From: Bacillota bacterium
Lineage (GTDB): Bacteria > Bacillota > Clostridia > Christensenellales > Aristaeellaceae
Direction of reading: 5' to 3'
Length of the DNA stretch: 64,000 nucleotides
Assembly (NCBI GenBank): GCA_023411175.1
Contig: JAEYPB010000043.1
Coordinates: 19,324-83,323, forward strand
Below, piece after piece: positions 37,183 through 46,664 of this stretch. Below the pieces are notes generated by a model. The model saw only the letters and a list, made by a program, of their open reading frames with translations, searched no databases and was not told where the DNA came from. Numbering within the stretch: the stretch's first letter is position 1; each line of letters begins with the position of its first letter. Both the position numbers and the translations under genes were made by a program.

Positions 37183-40100
37183 TCAGTCGAAGCTGTCGCC
37201 GACGTTCGCCACCGTGCCGCCCGCCAGCGGGATGCCCAGCTCTGTGAGCTCGACTGCGGCCTCCTCAATCAGCGCGTACACCGCGTTGATCGTGGTGTCT
37301 CTGGTCACGTTGCCGTCCCAGGCGGAGGCGGGCTTATCCCATCCGATGAAGGTGTAGTTCACACGATCGGAGGTAACCGTCGGCGCCGTGGTCGAGCCGC
37401 CATGCTTGACCTTAACTTGCTTGAGCGGGATGCCGTTGTAGTCCACGAAGGTGATGGTCACGTAGGAAGTGTTGGTCACCTCCAAGCCGTTGTGGGTCGC
37501 AGTGTAACGCGGGGCTGCCGGAACGACGGGTTCGTACACCGTGTAGTCGATCTTGCCGTTCTCGTCGTACTCCGGCAGATCCTCGAAGACGTAGGACCAG
37601 CTCGCGCCGCTGCCCTGCGGGTCGGCGATGGTTGCGCTTCTGTCGAACGCGCCGTTCTTCAAAAGCTCCAGCGTCAGCGGGGTGGCGGGCCTGTAGAAGG
37701 CGTCACCGTCGTCCCAGATCTTCCGGATGATGACATCCGCCAGCTTGGTGTTGGTGAAGTCCATGCCGTCCTGCTCGCTCGAATAGCCTTCCACCGGGGA
37801 CTCCGTCACGTGGTATTCGTAGACGTGTCCGTCGGCTTCCTCGCCATCCAGCACCGCATCGCCCACCGCGTAGGTCGGCAGATCTTCGAAGAGGTAGCTC
37901 GTGCCGCCGCCGGTGATCGTCGCCTTCCTGTAGGGTTCGTCACTCTCGCCGGGGTTCGGGTTGTCGCGCCACAGGTTGATCGTCACCGTCGGGCGAAGCT
38001 CGGGTGTTTCGGCGTATCCGTCGATCCAGGCCTTGCTGCCGCCGAGGTCGAATTCGACCTGCTTGATCGTGTTGAAGAAGTCCTCGCCATCCTGATCGCT
38101 CTCGTAGGTATCCGGCGTCACCTCTTCAACCCTGTAGCTGAACTTGTGGCCGTCCGGCGTCTCGCCCGGATTCACATCGCTGCCCACCGCGTAGGTCGGA
38201 AGGTCCGTGAAGCTGTAGCTTTCGCCGCCGTCCGTGATCGTCGTGCTCGCGTAGAACACGCTGTCGCGGTACAGGTTGATCGTCACATCCGGCCGCTCTT
38301 CGGGCGTCTCACCGAGGTGGTCCACCCAGCTCTTGCTGCCTTCGATGTCGAACAGCACCTGCTTGATCGTGTTGAAGAAGTCTTCGCCATCCTGATCGCT
38401 CTCGTAGGTATCCGGCGTCACCTCTTCAACCGTGTAGGTGTAGGCGTGACCGTCAACCGTTTCACCGGGTTTCACCGCGTCTCCCACCGCGTATACCGGC
38501 AGGTTCGTGAAGCTGTAGCTTCCGCCGCCGTTCGTGATGGTCGTGCTCGCGTAGAACACGCTGTCGCGGTACAGGTTGATCGTCACATCCGGCCGCTCCG
38601 CCGGGGTATTGGCCTTGTCGTCCACCCAGGCCTTGGTGCCGGTCACCTGGGTGTACCGCTGCTTAATCGTGTTGGTGACCGTCGCGCTGCGGCCGTCCGT
38701 CGCCTTCTGATAGCTGACCGTGTATTTGCCTGGGACGGGGAATTCCACCACGCCGTAGACGATGGTGCCGCCGCCCTGCTTGTAAACCGGCAGGGTATCC
38801 CAGGTGTGCGTCCAGCCGTTGTTGTTCGTCAGCTTCCTGCTGCTAAGCGGAACCGGAATGTTGTCGGCGGTCAGGGTAACCCAGACCTCAGCCAGTCGGT
38901 TGGAAGCGTTCCCATCCACCCACTGTTTGGTGGCGGTAAAGGTCGTCTTGGGCACGACATACCAGTTGATGATGTCGTACTTTCCGAGGCCCTTGGTCGA
39001 CGTATACCCCTCCGTGGTGTCGTTCTCCCGGACGGAGTAGTTGATCTCGTAGGCGTGGTCGTCGTCGTAGCGGTACTTGTCAAGCCCCGTGAAGCTGTAG
39101 GTCCAGCTCGATCCGGTGGCGTTGACCTTCTTGGCGGGATCGAACACTTCACCATCCGCAAGCAGCTCGATCTCCACGGAGCCAGGCCGTTTGTTGAAGA
39201 AGTTGAAGCTGTCCATCCAAGTCTTGGTGCCACGCACGTCGATCTTCACCTGAGTAATCGTGTTCGTGAAGTCGAAGCCGTTTTGCGCCTTGTCGTAACC
39301 AGGCACGGTAGCCTCTTCCACGCGGTAGCTGTAGGTGTGCCCATCCTCCGGCGCGTTCGCAGCCACGTCGCCGCCGATCGCGTACTTCGGAAGGTCCTCG
39401 AAGAGGTAGCCGGTGCCGCCGCCCGTGATCCGTGCGGTTTTGAAGAGCACTTCGTCACGGTAGAGGTTGATCGTCACCGTCGGGCGGAGCCACGGGGTGT
39501 CGGCCTTGTCGTCCACCCACTTCTTCGTACCGCCGATGTCCAGATAGACCTGATTGAGCCGGTTGGTGATGGTCGATCCAGCCTCGGCCGTCATCGGCGT
39601 GTAGGTTGGCTCGTAGGCATCGTCCAGATTGGTCTCTTCCACGCTGTAGACGATGGTCGCGCCGCCCGCTTTGTACTTGGGCAGGTTCTCCCATTTGGCC
39701 GTCCAGCCGTTGCCGTCGTTCAGCGTCTTGGTGTCCTGGTTGGGCGCGGGTTGGCCGTCTGCAAGCAGCCGGACCGTCACCGTTTCCGGACGAAGCTCGC
39801 CATCGCCGTCCACCCACGTCTTGGTGACCTTGAAGGACACCTTCGGCATGGTGAACTTGTTCACGATGTCATACTCGTCCTTGTCCCAGTCCCCGCCCGA
39901 ATGTCTGCTCCGGTCGCCCTCTTCCAAGCGCCAGGTGTACCCTTCTGCCGGGTTGTTCTCCCGCACAGAGTAGTCGATCACGTAGGCTTTGTCGCCGACG
40001 TAGCGGTACTTGTCAAGCTCCGTGAAGCTGTAGCTCCAACTCGAGCCTGTGGCGCTGACTTTCTTGGCGGGTGTAAGCGGGTTGCCGTCCGCCAGCAGTT

Positions 40101-43100
40101 CAATCTCAACGGAAGCGGGGCGCCTGCCGTAGTAGTTCCTGTCGTCGTCCCACTTCTTGGTGCCCTCGACCTTGATCTTGACCTGCTTTATCGTGTTGAT
40201 GAAGTTCAGCCCGTCCTGCGTGCTGGTGTAGGTATCCGGCGTCACCTCTTCCACCGTGTAGATGTAGGTGTGGCCGTCCTCAACCTCGCCCCTGCCGACC
40301 GCGCTGCCGACCGCGTACTTGGGAAGGTTCCGGAAGATGTAGCTTCCGCGGCCATCCTCAATCTCCGTGGTCCTGTACAGCTTTCCGTCGCGGAAGAGCT
40401 TGATGGTTACATCCGGGCGCTTCCGGGGATCTTCTGATTTGTCGTCGATCCACTTCTTCGTGCCGCCGACATCCACGTAGCCCTGCTTGAGTTTGTTCTT
40501 AACGGCGACGCCGTTCTCTCCCTCAAGCCCGGTGTGGAAGTCCTCGTAGTCGCTCCTCAGGTCAACCTCTCTGACGCTGTAAACGATGGTTCTGCCGCCC
40601 CTTGCGTACTTGGGCAGGTTATCCCACGTGGCCGTCCAGGCGTTGCCGTCATTGAGCGTCTTGTTCCCGTAGTTTGTCGCGCTGCCGTCCGCGCGCAGCT
40701 CAAACTGCACGGAGGTCGGCCGGTTCTGGGATTGGCCGTCCACCCAGCTCTTGGTGACCTTGAAGGTAACCTTGGGCACGGTGTACACGTTCTTGATGTC
40801 GTACTGCCCGGTCCCCTTGACCGATTCGTACCCTTCCGTCGTGTCGTTCTCGCGGACGGAGTAGATGATTTCATACGCCCTGCCATCCGCGTAACGGTAC
40901 TTCGGAAGATTCTCGAACTTGTACTTCCAGTTGAAGCTTGAGTAGTAGCTCGGCGCCGCGGTTTTGATCTGCCTCGGATTCATCTCCGCGCCGTCCGCCA
41001 GCAGCTCAATCTTCACCCAGTCGGGCCGCTTGTTGTAGTAGTCGCCGTTGTCGTCCCATTCCTTGGTGCCTTCCACCTTGATCCACACCTGCTTGAGCGT
41101 GTTCGTGATGGCGACACCGTTCTCGCCCTGAAGGGGCTCGTAGCTGTCTTTATAGTCGCCCCTCAGATCGATTTCTTTGGCGCTGTAGATGATCTCCCAA
41201 TTGTTCAAGTCGTACTTGGGCAGATCCGTCCAGGTATACGTCCAGCTGTTCGCTCCGCTGAGATCAACCTCGTTGTTCTGGATCGGCGCGGGGCTAATGC
41301 CGCTGTACAGCCGAACCTTCACAGACGTCGGGCGATTGGCCGTGCCGAGATCCACCCAGGTCTTGTTGATCTTGAAGCTGGTCAGCTTCGTGTTGGTGAT
41401 CGTTGCGCCCTTGCCGTCGCGCCAGGGCGTGGTGCTGGAAGCGTAGCCAGCCACCGTGTTCTCCGCGACGGAGTAGTCGATCTTCCTGCCGCCCAGTGTG
41501 TACTTGGGCAGTCTGTTCCAGGTGTACTTCCAGCCATTGCTGCTCGTCAGATCCTGCTGTGCGCCGGGGATCGTCGCGTTGTCAGAGCCGCTCAACGTCA
41601 CCGTTACCTTGTCCGGGCGACCCGTTCCCCTGCCGTCCAGCCACTTCTTCTCAACCTTGAAGCTGGTCAGCCTGATGTTGGTGATCGTCGCACCGGTCTC
41701 GGTGGGTGTGATGATCGCGGTGTAGCCATTCGGCACATTCTCCGTCACCTTGTAGGTGATGGTCTGGCCGGCCAGCGGGCCGCTACCGCTCACGATCTCC
41801 GGAAGGTTGTTCGTCCACACGTACGTCCAACCCTCAGACTTCTTCAGCGAAGCGGTGAACTTGTAGTCATCGCCCAGCGACGTATCGCCCACATAGCCCT
41901 GCAGCGTCACGTCGACCTTGGTCAGGCTCTCGTTCTCTCCGTCGTCTCTCCAGACCTTCTGGACGGCGAACGATGTCCTGGGCACGGTGAATGTATTCAG
42001 GATGTCGTAGGTGCCCGTCACCGCGCTCGGCAGATACCCGGGGGCGGGGTTGATCTCTTCAACCCTGTACTGAATCCTGGTCGCGATGCCGGCGGCATCG
42101 TAGCTGAACTCAGGCAGGTCGTCAAAGCTGTACGTCCACGCCGGGTCGCTTGTCGCGCTCGCGGTGGTCGTATCGGAGGCCTGCGTCGCGCCGCCCACAA
42201 ACAGGCCGATCGTGACCTGGCCCGGGCGCTTGAAGAGGTAATCCTCATCGCCGGCCCACAGCTTCGTGCCTTCCACCTCGATGGTGGTGTTCGAAGGCGA
42301 GTACTCGCCCTTCAGTACCACGTTGCCAGCGGGCATTGACACTTCGTCGTCTGTCCCGTACGTCGTATTGTCGTACTTCCAGCCACCGAAGGTATACCCT
42401 TCGACCGGCGTGTGCGCCTTGACCGTCGCCTTGTCGCCCACGTGGTACACCGTCGTATCCGTCGGATACGTCGTACCGGCAGGTGCGCCGCTGATCTCGT
42501 ACGTCACGCTGTAGTCGATTGCGGTGTACACGAAGATCAGTACCTTGTTCGCAGCGTCCACCTTGATCTGCTTCGTCTGAGCGTCCGGCGTGTATCCGGT
42601 GATATCCTTCGCCGTTTCCGGGTACGTCTCGTCGAACGTTCTGTTCGTCCTCACCGCATCCGTCGCCAGTTTGTCGCCAGTCTCGCTGCCCTTGCGGTAC
42701 TCCACCGTGTACGTGTAGTCGCTCTTCGCGGTGTACACGAAGATCAGTACCTTGTTCGCAGCGTCCACCTTGATCTGCTTCGTCTGAGCGTCCGGTGTGT
42801 ATCCGGTGATATCCTTCGCCGTTTCCGGGTACGTCTCGTCGAAGGTTCTGTTCGTCCTCACCGCGTCCGTCGCCAGTTTGTCGCCAGTCGTGCTGCCCTT
42901 GCGGTACTCCACCGTGTATGTGTAGTCGTTCCGGAGCGTATAGGAGGCCGTCAGCGTCACGTTCTTTGCGGGCATTGTGAAGCTTGTCGCGCCCAGTGTC
43001 ACATCCGGCGTCGACCAGCCTGTGAAGGTATAGCCTTCAATGACCGGCCCGGGCTGCAGGGTCACATTGGAGTCAACGGGAACATCCGCGAAGATGAGCG

Positions 43101-46100
43101 GATATCCAACCACTGTTCCGTATTGCGCAGGAACCTCATACGTCACCGTGTAGGAGTTCTTTGTAAAAGTGGCCGTAAAGAGCACATTGTGGTTCGGCAT
43201 TGTGAACTGGCCGTCCTGCCAATCTTCCGCATCCACATCACTTGTGAACCAGCCGCTGAAAGTATATCCGGGCGGCACCGTCGGCGTGCCTCTCACCGAG
43301 ACGTTCTTGCCGTTTGCGACATGGTCAACGGAGCCAACCACTACGCTGTCGATCTTGTACGTTACGGTGTAGATGTCCCACTTGTAGTAGAGATTGATGG
43401 TGTAAGCGTCGGGAGAGGTGCTCTGAACCAGGTAGGTTCTGCTGCTGAGCAGCTGCCCCTGAGCATCCTCCGCATGGTCGTAGTGCTGGTTCGCAACGGT
43501 GCCGATCGCCGCGGTGTAGGAATCCCCCACGCGCTTGGTTACCGTTACGGTCTGCGACTCATCCGGCGCGCCATAGGTGTCGTCCGGCAGCTGCGGGTAG
43601 TGCTTGACCGTGATGGTCACTACCTTGTACGGCTTGTACCGGAAGACGATCACATTGGACTCGGGCTGATTCGCGGACAGCGTCATTTCCTTAATGTAAT
43701 TGCCCGGCAGCGGGTAGTATCCCAGAATCGGCTTGTAGTACTCCACAACGCGGGAGTCCGCAAAACCGGTTACGATCTTGGGATCAACGCCGGGGATCGG
43801 ATGATCCACACCGCCCTCATCCACATACACGTAATTGACGGTGTAGCTGTATCCGGCAAAGGGCTTGTACGTGAAGGTGATGACGTTGTTGGCCTTGACC
43901 TTGCTGAGCGTAAGCGCAGCGGGAGCAACGCTCTTGAAAGCGTAACCCTTGATGGCGATCGGGGTCTCATCCGCGTTAGAAGAGCCCGCGGTGATCACCG
44001 TTCCGGCCGCCTTGTTGGGCACGGTCTTTGCGGCGCTGAGGGCGTTACCCAGTTCGTCCACGTAAAGGACAGTGTACTGGGTGATCACGGTTCTCCAGCC
44101 TGCGTAAAGCGTGGTGTCCACGTAGATGTTGCTGTTGGGGTTGAACGGCGTGGTGCATTCCGGGTTGCTGAACCAGCCGATGAATTCGGACGTGGCGCTG
44201 TCGTTCGGCCCCTTCAGGTCGGTGACCTCGTCCCCGCTGTTGTACTGTTCCGACGGAATGTTCTTTCCGAAGGACACCGGGTCGTAGGACAGCGTTACCT
44301 TCCTGGGCGTCCACTTGGCGTAGACCGCCAGGTTGCCCGCGGGCATTCTCCTGTTCGCGAAGTCGGCGATTTCGATCTTCGTGCCATCCACGAAAGTCGG
44401 GGTTGTATACCACCCGGCGAAGTCCATCACCTTGCCGTTAATGGTGATGGTGTTCCCCGTCCAGTCGTAGTTCCAGTTGAACGGAGAATTCTTGAGCAGG
44501 CTCAACTTCATCTCATAGGGCACGTCGGCGATGTTCGTCGTCACGACGGTGCCGTTGCTGGTCAGCGAGCTGTAGCTGAACACGTACTTGTTGCGCGTGT
44601 AGTAGAAGTTGTAATTCCTGTAGAGCGTACCATTCCAAGTCCTTTTGTAAACGTCCGAATTGGATGCACTAGAGTAAGTGAAGCCTTCGAGGGCCTTACC
44701 GCCCAAGCCATCGTTCTCTCCCAGAATCAGGTTCTGAGAAGCCTGGTGCTGCCAGTAACCGTTTACCGTCGTGCCCGAACCGGTGGGGTATGGCGGAGTC
44801 GGCTTATCATCGCCAGCGATGGCTTCAACCCAGTACTTGACGGTCACATTTCGTGAGTCGTCATACGTTGCTTTGTAGGTGATGCTGGTACCGCTAGACG
44901 GCAACAGCTCGGCGTTGACTGTCCACCGGTGGGTGATCCACGTGGATTTGCTTGAATTTGTCCACCCGAGGAACCCATTGGAGGTGCCGCGGTTCTTCCA
45001 AGTGTTCCCATCCTTGTACTGGAATACTCCGTTGTAGGTGCTGGGCCAGATGGTATCGATGCTCTGCCCATATTTGACTTGGATGCTGTAATTGTCATCC
45101 GTCTTCCGACTGCCAGCCGAGTCTCCATTGAACAGGAAGCCACTGCTGTTCCCATCCAGATCAAATTTGATCGTAAATGACTTGAGCTTGTAGTAGACGT
45201 TGAGCACGGATGTGCCGTCCGGCTTGACCAGGACGTCCTCATCACTATCCTGGTATGTTGATACTTTTACGCCATTGTTGGTGCTGGGGTCCTTGTTGAC
45301 CTGGTAAGCGGTAAACTCCTTAGTTGTATCGCCGCCGCTGCCGGTGGTTGCATTGACCTTAGAGCCAACAGGTGCCGTGCGGTTGGTGATCTGGTCAAAG
45401 TAATCGTAGTCGGACAGCGTTCCCGGAACCGGATCGTGGTCAAGGCCCGGCTTCTCCAGCCAGTAGACGACCTTGTACCCAACGTTTTTCGGCGTCCACT
45501 TGGCGTAGTAAGTGCGATCCAGCGTGGTCACGCCAGCGGGGTAGGCCATCGTCGTCGGGAATACGTTGACCTTCGCGGTCAACGCCTCGTCCGAGTACCA
45601 CCCGTCAAATGTGTAGCCGACGCGCGTCGGATCGTCGGGCTTGGTCAGCGCCGCGCCGAAGCGGGCGGAGATCGGAGCCACATACGTGCCGTCGTTGCTG
45701 TCAAAGAGAATGGTGCCGATCTCACGATCATAGTACAGATCAAGGTTGATCGTCTCGTTGGCGATCAGCACGCCCATCACACCCGAAGGCGTGATGAAGC
45801 CGGGGATGGCTTTGTACTCCGCGCCATCCGGCTCAACCAGATCGTTGGCGATGCCAGAACGGGGGATGTCCGGATAACTGGCTTTGTTCTGGGCGTAGGT
45901 GTCTGCCGACACATCCTGGAAGAAGTAGCGAATGACATAGTTGGCGGCGGCTGCAGCATACGTCACCGTAATGGTGTTGCCTGCGCCAATGGGAAGTGCG
46001 TTCGCGGGATCATTTCCGTAATAAGCCGTCAATGCGCCGGTCTGCGAGGTTTCGATGGTGACAGGCGTCTGCGCCGTGGTAAACCCGGAGACAGAAGGCG

Positions 46101-46569
46101 AAGCGACGGTCGTCGAGTCACCCTTGGCCTTCAGCTGAACCGTTTCCGGCGTCGCGGCGGCGGTCGTACCGGCGCCATCGGGCTTAACGTAGTTTATCGT
46201 GACGCTGACTTTTTCCACCTTATCATAGGTGGCGGTATAGGTGATTGTATCGCCGTCACTTCCGGAAACCGCCCCTATCCCAGGGTTCCAGCCGGCGAAT
46301 TCAAGCTCATAATCGTCGCTGGGCGAGGCGAGCGTGGGCGTTTCCGGAGGAATCGGCGTAGCACCCTCCGCCACAAGCTGCTGTGCCAACAGGGTATTGG
46401 CTCCGTCGGCGTTCCTGAATTCCACGGTATGATATCTGGGCATCGGCGTTGCTTCGCCAATCGTGGTGCCGTCATCGGCAAAAGCGAAAGGCAGCGTCGC
46501 GGGTAACGACTGACCAAGCATCAATACCGTCAAGAGGATTGACAGTATCTTTCGGGTCATGCTTTTCAT
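37183..46569 (-). CDS. Giant surface adhesin (3128 aa): signal peptide, multiple Listeria-Bacteroides (InlB B-type) repeats and about 20 Cna-B-type domains. No LPXTG motif at the C-terminus.
   Basis: MKSMTRKILSILLTVLMLGQSLPATLPFAFA signal peptide. Recurring units of the form GYTF-GW...Y-A-W/Y. Repeated Cna-B units (NTIKQV...GTKKW.DDK...RP.VTI.LYRD...YSF..LP.Y). RBS GAGGAGGA. Confidence 0.85.
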   Translation of the reverse strand: MKSMTRKILSILLTVLMLGQSLPATLPFAFADDGTTIGEATPMPRYHTVEFRNADGANTLLAQQLVAEGATPIPPETPTLASPSDDYELEFAGWNPGIGAVSGSDGDTITYTATYDKVEKVSVTINYVKPDGAGTTAAATPETVQLKAKGDSTTVASPSVSGFTTAQTPVTIETSQTGALTAYYGNDPANALPIGAGNTITVTYAAAAANYVIRYFFQDVSADTYAQNKASYPDIPRSGIANDLVEPDGAEYKAIPGFITPSGVMGVLIANETINLDLYYDREIGTILFDSNDGTYVAPISARFGAALTKPDDPTRVGYTFDGWYSDEALTAKVNVFPTTMAYPAGVTTLDRTYYAKWTPKNVGYKVVYWLEKPGLDHDPVPGTLSDYDYFDQITNRTAPVGSKVNATTGSGGDTTKEFTAYQVNKDPSTNNGVKVSTYQDSDEDVLVKPDGTSVLNVYYKLKSFTIKFDLDGNSSGFLFNGDSAGSRKTDDNYSIQVKYGQSIDTIWPSTYNGVFQYKDGNTWKNRGTSNGFLGWTNSSKSTWITHRWTVNAELLPSSGTSITYKATYDDSRNVTVKYWVEAIAGDDKPTPPYPTGSGTTVNGYWQHQASQNLILGENDGLGGKALEGFTYSSASNSDVYKRTWNGTLYRNYNFYYTRNKYVFSYSSLTSNGTVVTTNIADVPYEMKLSLLKNSPFNWNYDWTGNTITINGKVMDFAGWYTTPTFVDGTKIEIADFANRRMPAGNLAVYAKWTPRKVTLSYDPVSFGKNIPSEQYNSGDEVTDLKGPNDSATSEFIGWFSNPECTTPFNPNSNIYVDTTLYAGWRTVITQYTVLYVDELGNALSAAKTVPNKAAGTVITAGSSNADETPIAIKGYAFKSVAPAALTLSKVKANNVITFTYKPFAGYSYTVNYVYVDEGGVDHPIPGVDPKIVTGFADSRVVEYYKPILGYYPLPGNYIKEMTLSANQPESNVIVFRYKPYKVVTITVKHYPQLPDDTYGAPDESQTVTVTKRVGDSYTAAIGTVANQHYDHAEDAQGQLLSSRTYLVQSTSPDAYTINLYYKWDIYTVTYKIDSVVVGSVDHVANGKNVSVRGTPTVPPGYTFSGWFTSDVDAEDWQDGQFTMPNHNVLFTATFTKNSYTVTYEVPAQYGTVVGYPLIFADVPVDSNVTLQPGPVIEGYTFTGWSTPDVTLGATSFTMPAKNVTLTASYTLRNDYTYTVEYRKGSTTGDKLATDAVRTNRTFDETYPETAKDITGYTPDAQTKQIKVDAANKVLIFVYTAKSDYTYTVEYRKGSETGDKLATDAVRTNRTFDETYPETAKDITGYTPDAQTKQIKVDAANKVLIFVYTAIDYSVTYEISGAPAGTTYPTDTTVYHVGDKATVKAHTPVEGYTFGGWKYDNTTYGTDDEVSMPAGNVVLKGEYSPSNTTIEVEGTKLWAGDEDYLFKRPGQVTIGLFVGGATQASDTTTASATSDPAWTYSFDDLPEFSYDAAGIATRIQYRVEEINPAPGYLPSAVTGTYDILNTFTVPRTSFAVQKVWRDDGENESLTKVDVTLQGYVGDTSLGDDYKFTASLKKSEGWTYVWTNNLPEIVSGSGPLAGQTITYKVTENVPNGYTAIITPTETGATITNIRLTSFKVEKKWLDGRGTGRPDKVTVTLSGSDNATIPGAQQDLTSSNGWKYTWNRLPKYTLGGRKIDYSVAENTVAGYASSTTPWRDGKGATITNTKLTSFKINKTWVDLGTANRPTSVKVRLYSGISPAPIQNNEVDLSGANSWTYTWTDLPKYDLNNWEIIYSAKEIDLRGDYKDSYEPLQGENGVAITNTLKQVWIKVEGTKEWDDNGDYYNKRPDWVKIELLADGAEMNPRQIKTAAPSYYSSFNWKYKFENLPKYRYADGRAYEIIYSVRENDTTEGYESVKGTGQYDIKNVYTVPKVTFKVTKSWVDGQSQNRPTSVQFELRADGSATNYGNKTLNDGNAWTATWDNLPKYARGGRTIVYSVREVDLRSDYEDFHTGLEGENGVAVKNKLKQGYVDVGGTKKWIDDKSEDPRKRPDVTIKLFRDGKLYRTTEIEDGRGSYIFRNLPKYAVGSAVGRGEVEDGHTYIYTVEEVTPDTYTSTQDGLNFINTIKQVKIKVEGTKKWDDDRNYYGRRPASVEIELLADGNPLTPAKKVSATGSSWSYSFTELDKYRYVGDKAYVIDYSVRENNPAEGYTWRLEEGDRSRHSGGDWDKDEYDIVNKFTMPKVSFKVTKTWVDGDGELRPETVTVRLLADGQPAPNQDTKTLNDGNGWTAKWENLPKYKAGGATIVYSVEETNLDDAYEPTYTPMTAEAGSTITNRLNQVYLDIGGTKKWVDDKADTPWLRPTVTINLYRDEVLFKTARITGGGTGYLFEDLPKYAIGGDVAANAPEDGHTYSYRVEEATVPGYDKAQNGFDFTNTITQVKIDVRGTKTWMDSFNFFNKRPGSVEIELLADGEVFDPAKKVNATGSSWTYSFTGLDKYRYDDDHAYEINYSVRENDTTEGYTSTKGLGKYDIINWYVVPKTTFTATKQWVDGNASNRLAEVWVTLTADNIPVPLSSRKLTNNNGWTHTWDTLPVYKQGGGTIVYGVVEFPVPGKYTVSYQKATDGRSATVTNTIKQRYTQVTGTKAWVDDKANTPAERPDVTINLYRDSVFYASTTITNGGGSYSFTNLPVYAVGDAVKPGETVDGHAYTYTVEEVTPDTYESDQDGEDFFNTIKQVLFDIEGSKSWVDHLGETPEERPDVTINLYRDSVFYASTTITDGGESYSFTDLPTYAVGSDVNPGETPDGHKFSYRVEEVTPDTYESDQDGEDFFNTIKQVEFDLGGSKAWIDGYAETPELRPTVTINLWRDNPNPGESDEPYRKATITGGGTSYLFEDLPTYAVGDAVLDGEEADGHVYEYHVTESPVEGYSSEQDGMDFTNTKLADVIIRKIWDDGDAFYRPATPLTLELLKNGAFDRSATIADPQGSGASWSYVFEDLPEYDENGKIDYTVYEPVVPAAPRYTATHNGLEVTNTSYVTITFVDYNGIPLKQVKVKHGGSTTAPTVTSDRVNYTFIGWDKPASAWDGNVTRDTTINAVYALIEEAAVELTELGIPLAGGTVANVGDSFD
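38050..38620. repeat. Two near-identical tandem repeats of about 300 bp (one Cna-B domain each) inside the adhesin gene, with a more diverged third copy upstream
   Basis: CTGCTTGATCGTGTTGAAGAAGTC(C/T)TCGCCATCCTGATCGCTCTCGTAGGTATCCGGCGTCACCTCTTCAACC recurs at about 38057 and about 38359. Downstream blocks (…GTAGAACACGCTGTCGCGGTACAGGTTGATCGTCACATCCGGCCGCTC) are identical. Confidence 0.7.
42500..42940. repeat. Two near-identical tandem 207-bp (69-codon) repeats inside the adhesin gene
   Basis: The unit starting GCGGTGTACACGAAGATCAGTACCTTGTTCGCAGCGTCCACC occurs at about 42521 and again at about 42728 with only a few mismatches. The protein unit is TVEYRKGS(T/E)TGDKLATDAVRTNRTFDETYPETAKDITGYTPDAQTKQIKVDAANKVLIFVYTA. 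Confidence 0.8.
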
Positions 46570-46664
46570 GCGGCATCCTCCTCAACCTGAATAATCAAAT
46601 ATCCTCAAATCTTCCGGCCGATATCTTTAAAACCGACCGTGTTCGGGCGAGCTGCCTTTGTGTT

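Noticed and set aside
34661-37357. 898-aa plus-strand ORF 34661..37357
   Set aside because: Antisense to the family-5 SBP, which has a signal peptide and a recognisable fold. The translation is Arg/Gly/Val-rich and featureless.
37402-44856. Very long plus-strand ORFs (1011 aa at 37402..40437, 814 aa at 42412..44856 and others) inside the adhesin locus
   Set aside because: They are antisense to the 9.4-kb adhesin CDS, whose product has a signal peptide and coherent repeat-domain architecture. The plus-strand translations are low-complexity and Arg/Val/Gly-rich with no motifs. Repetitive high-GC antisense frames are often open by chance.
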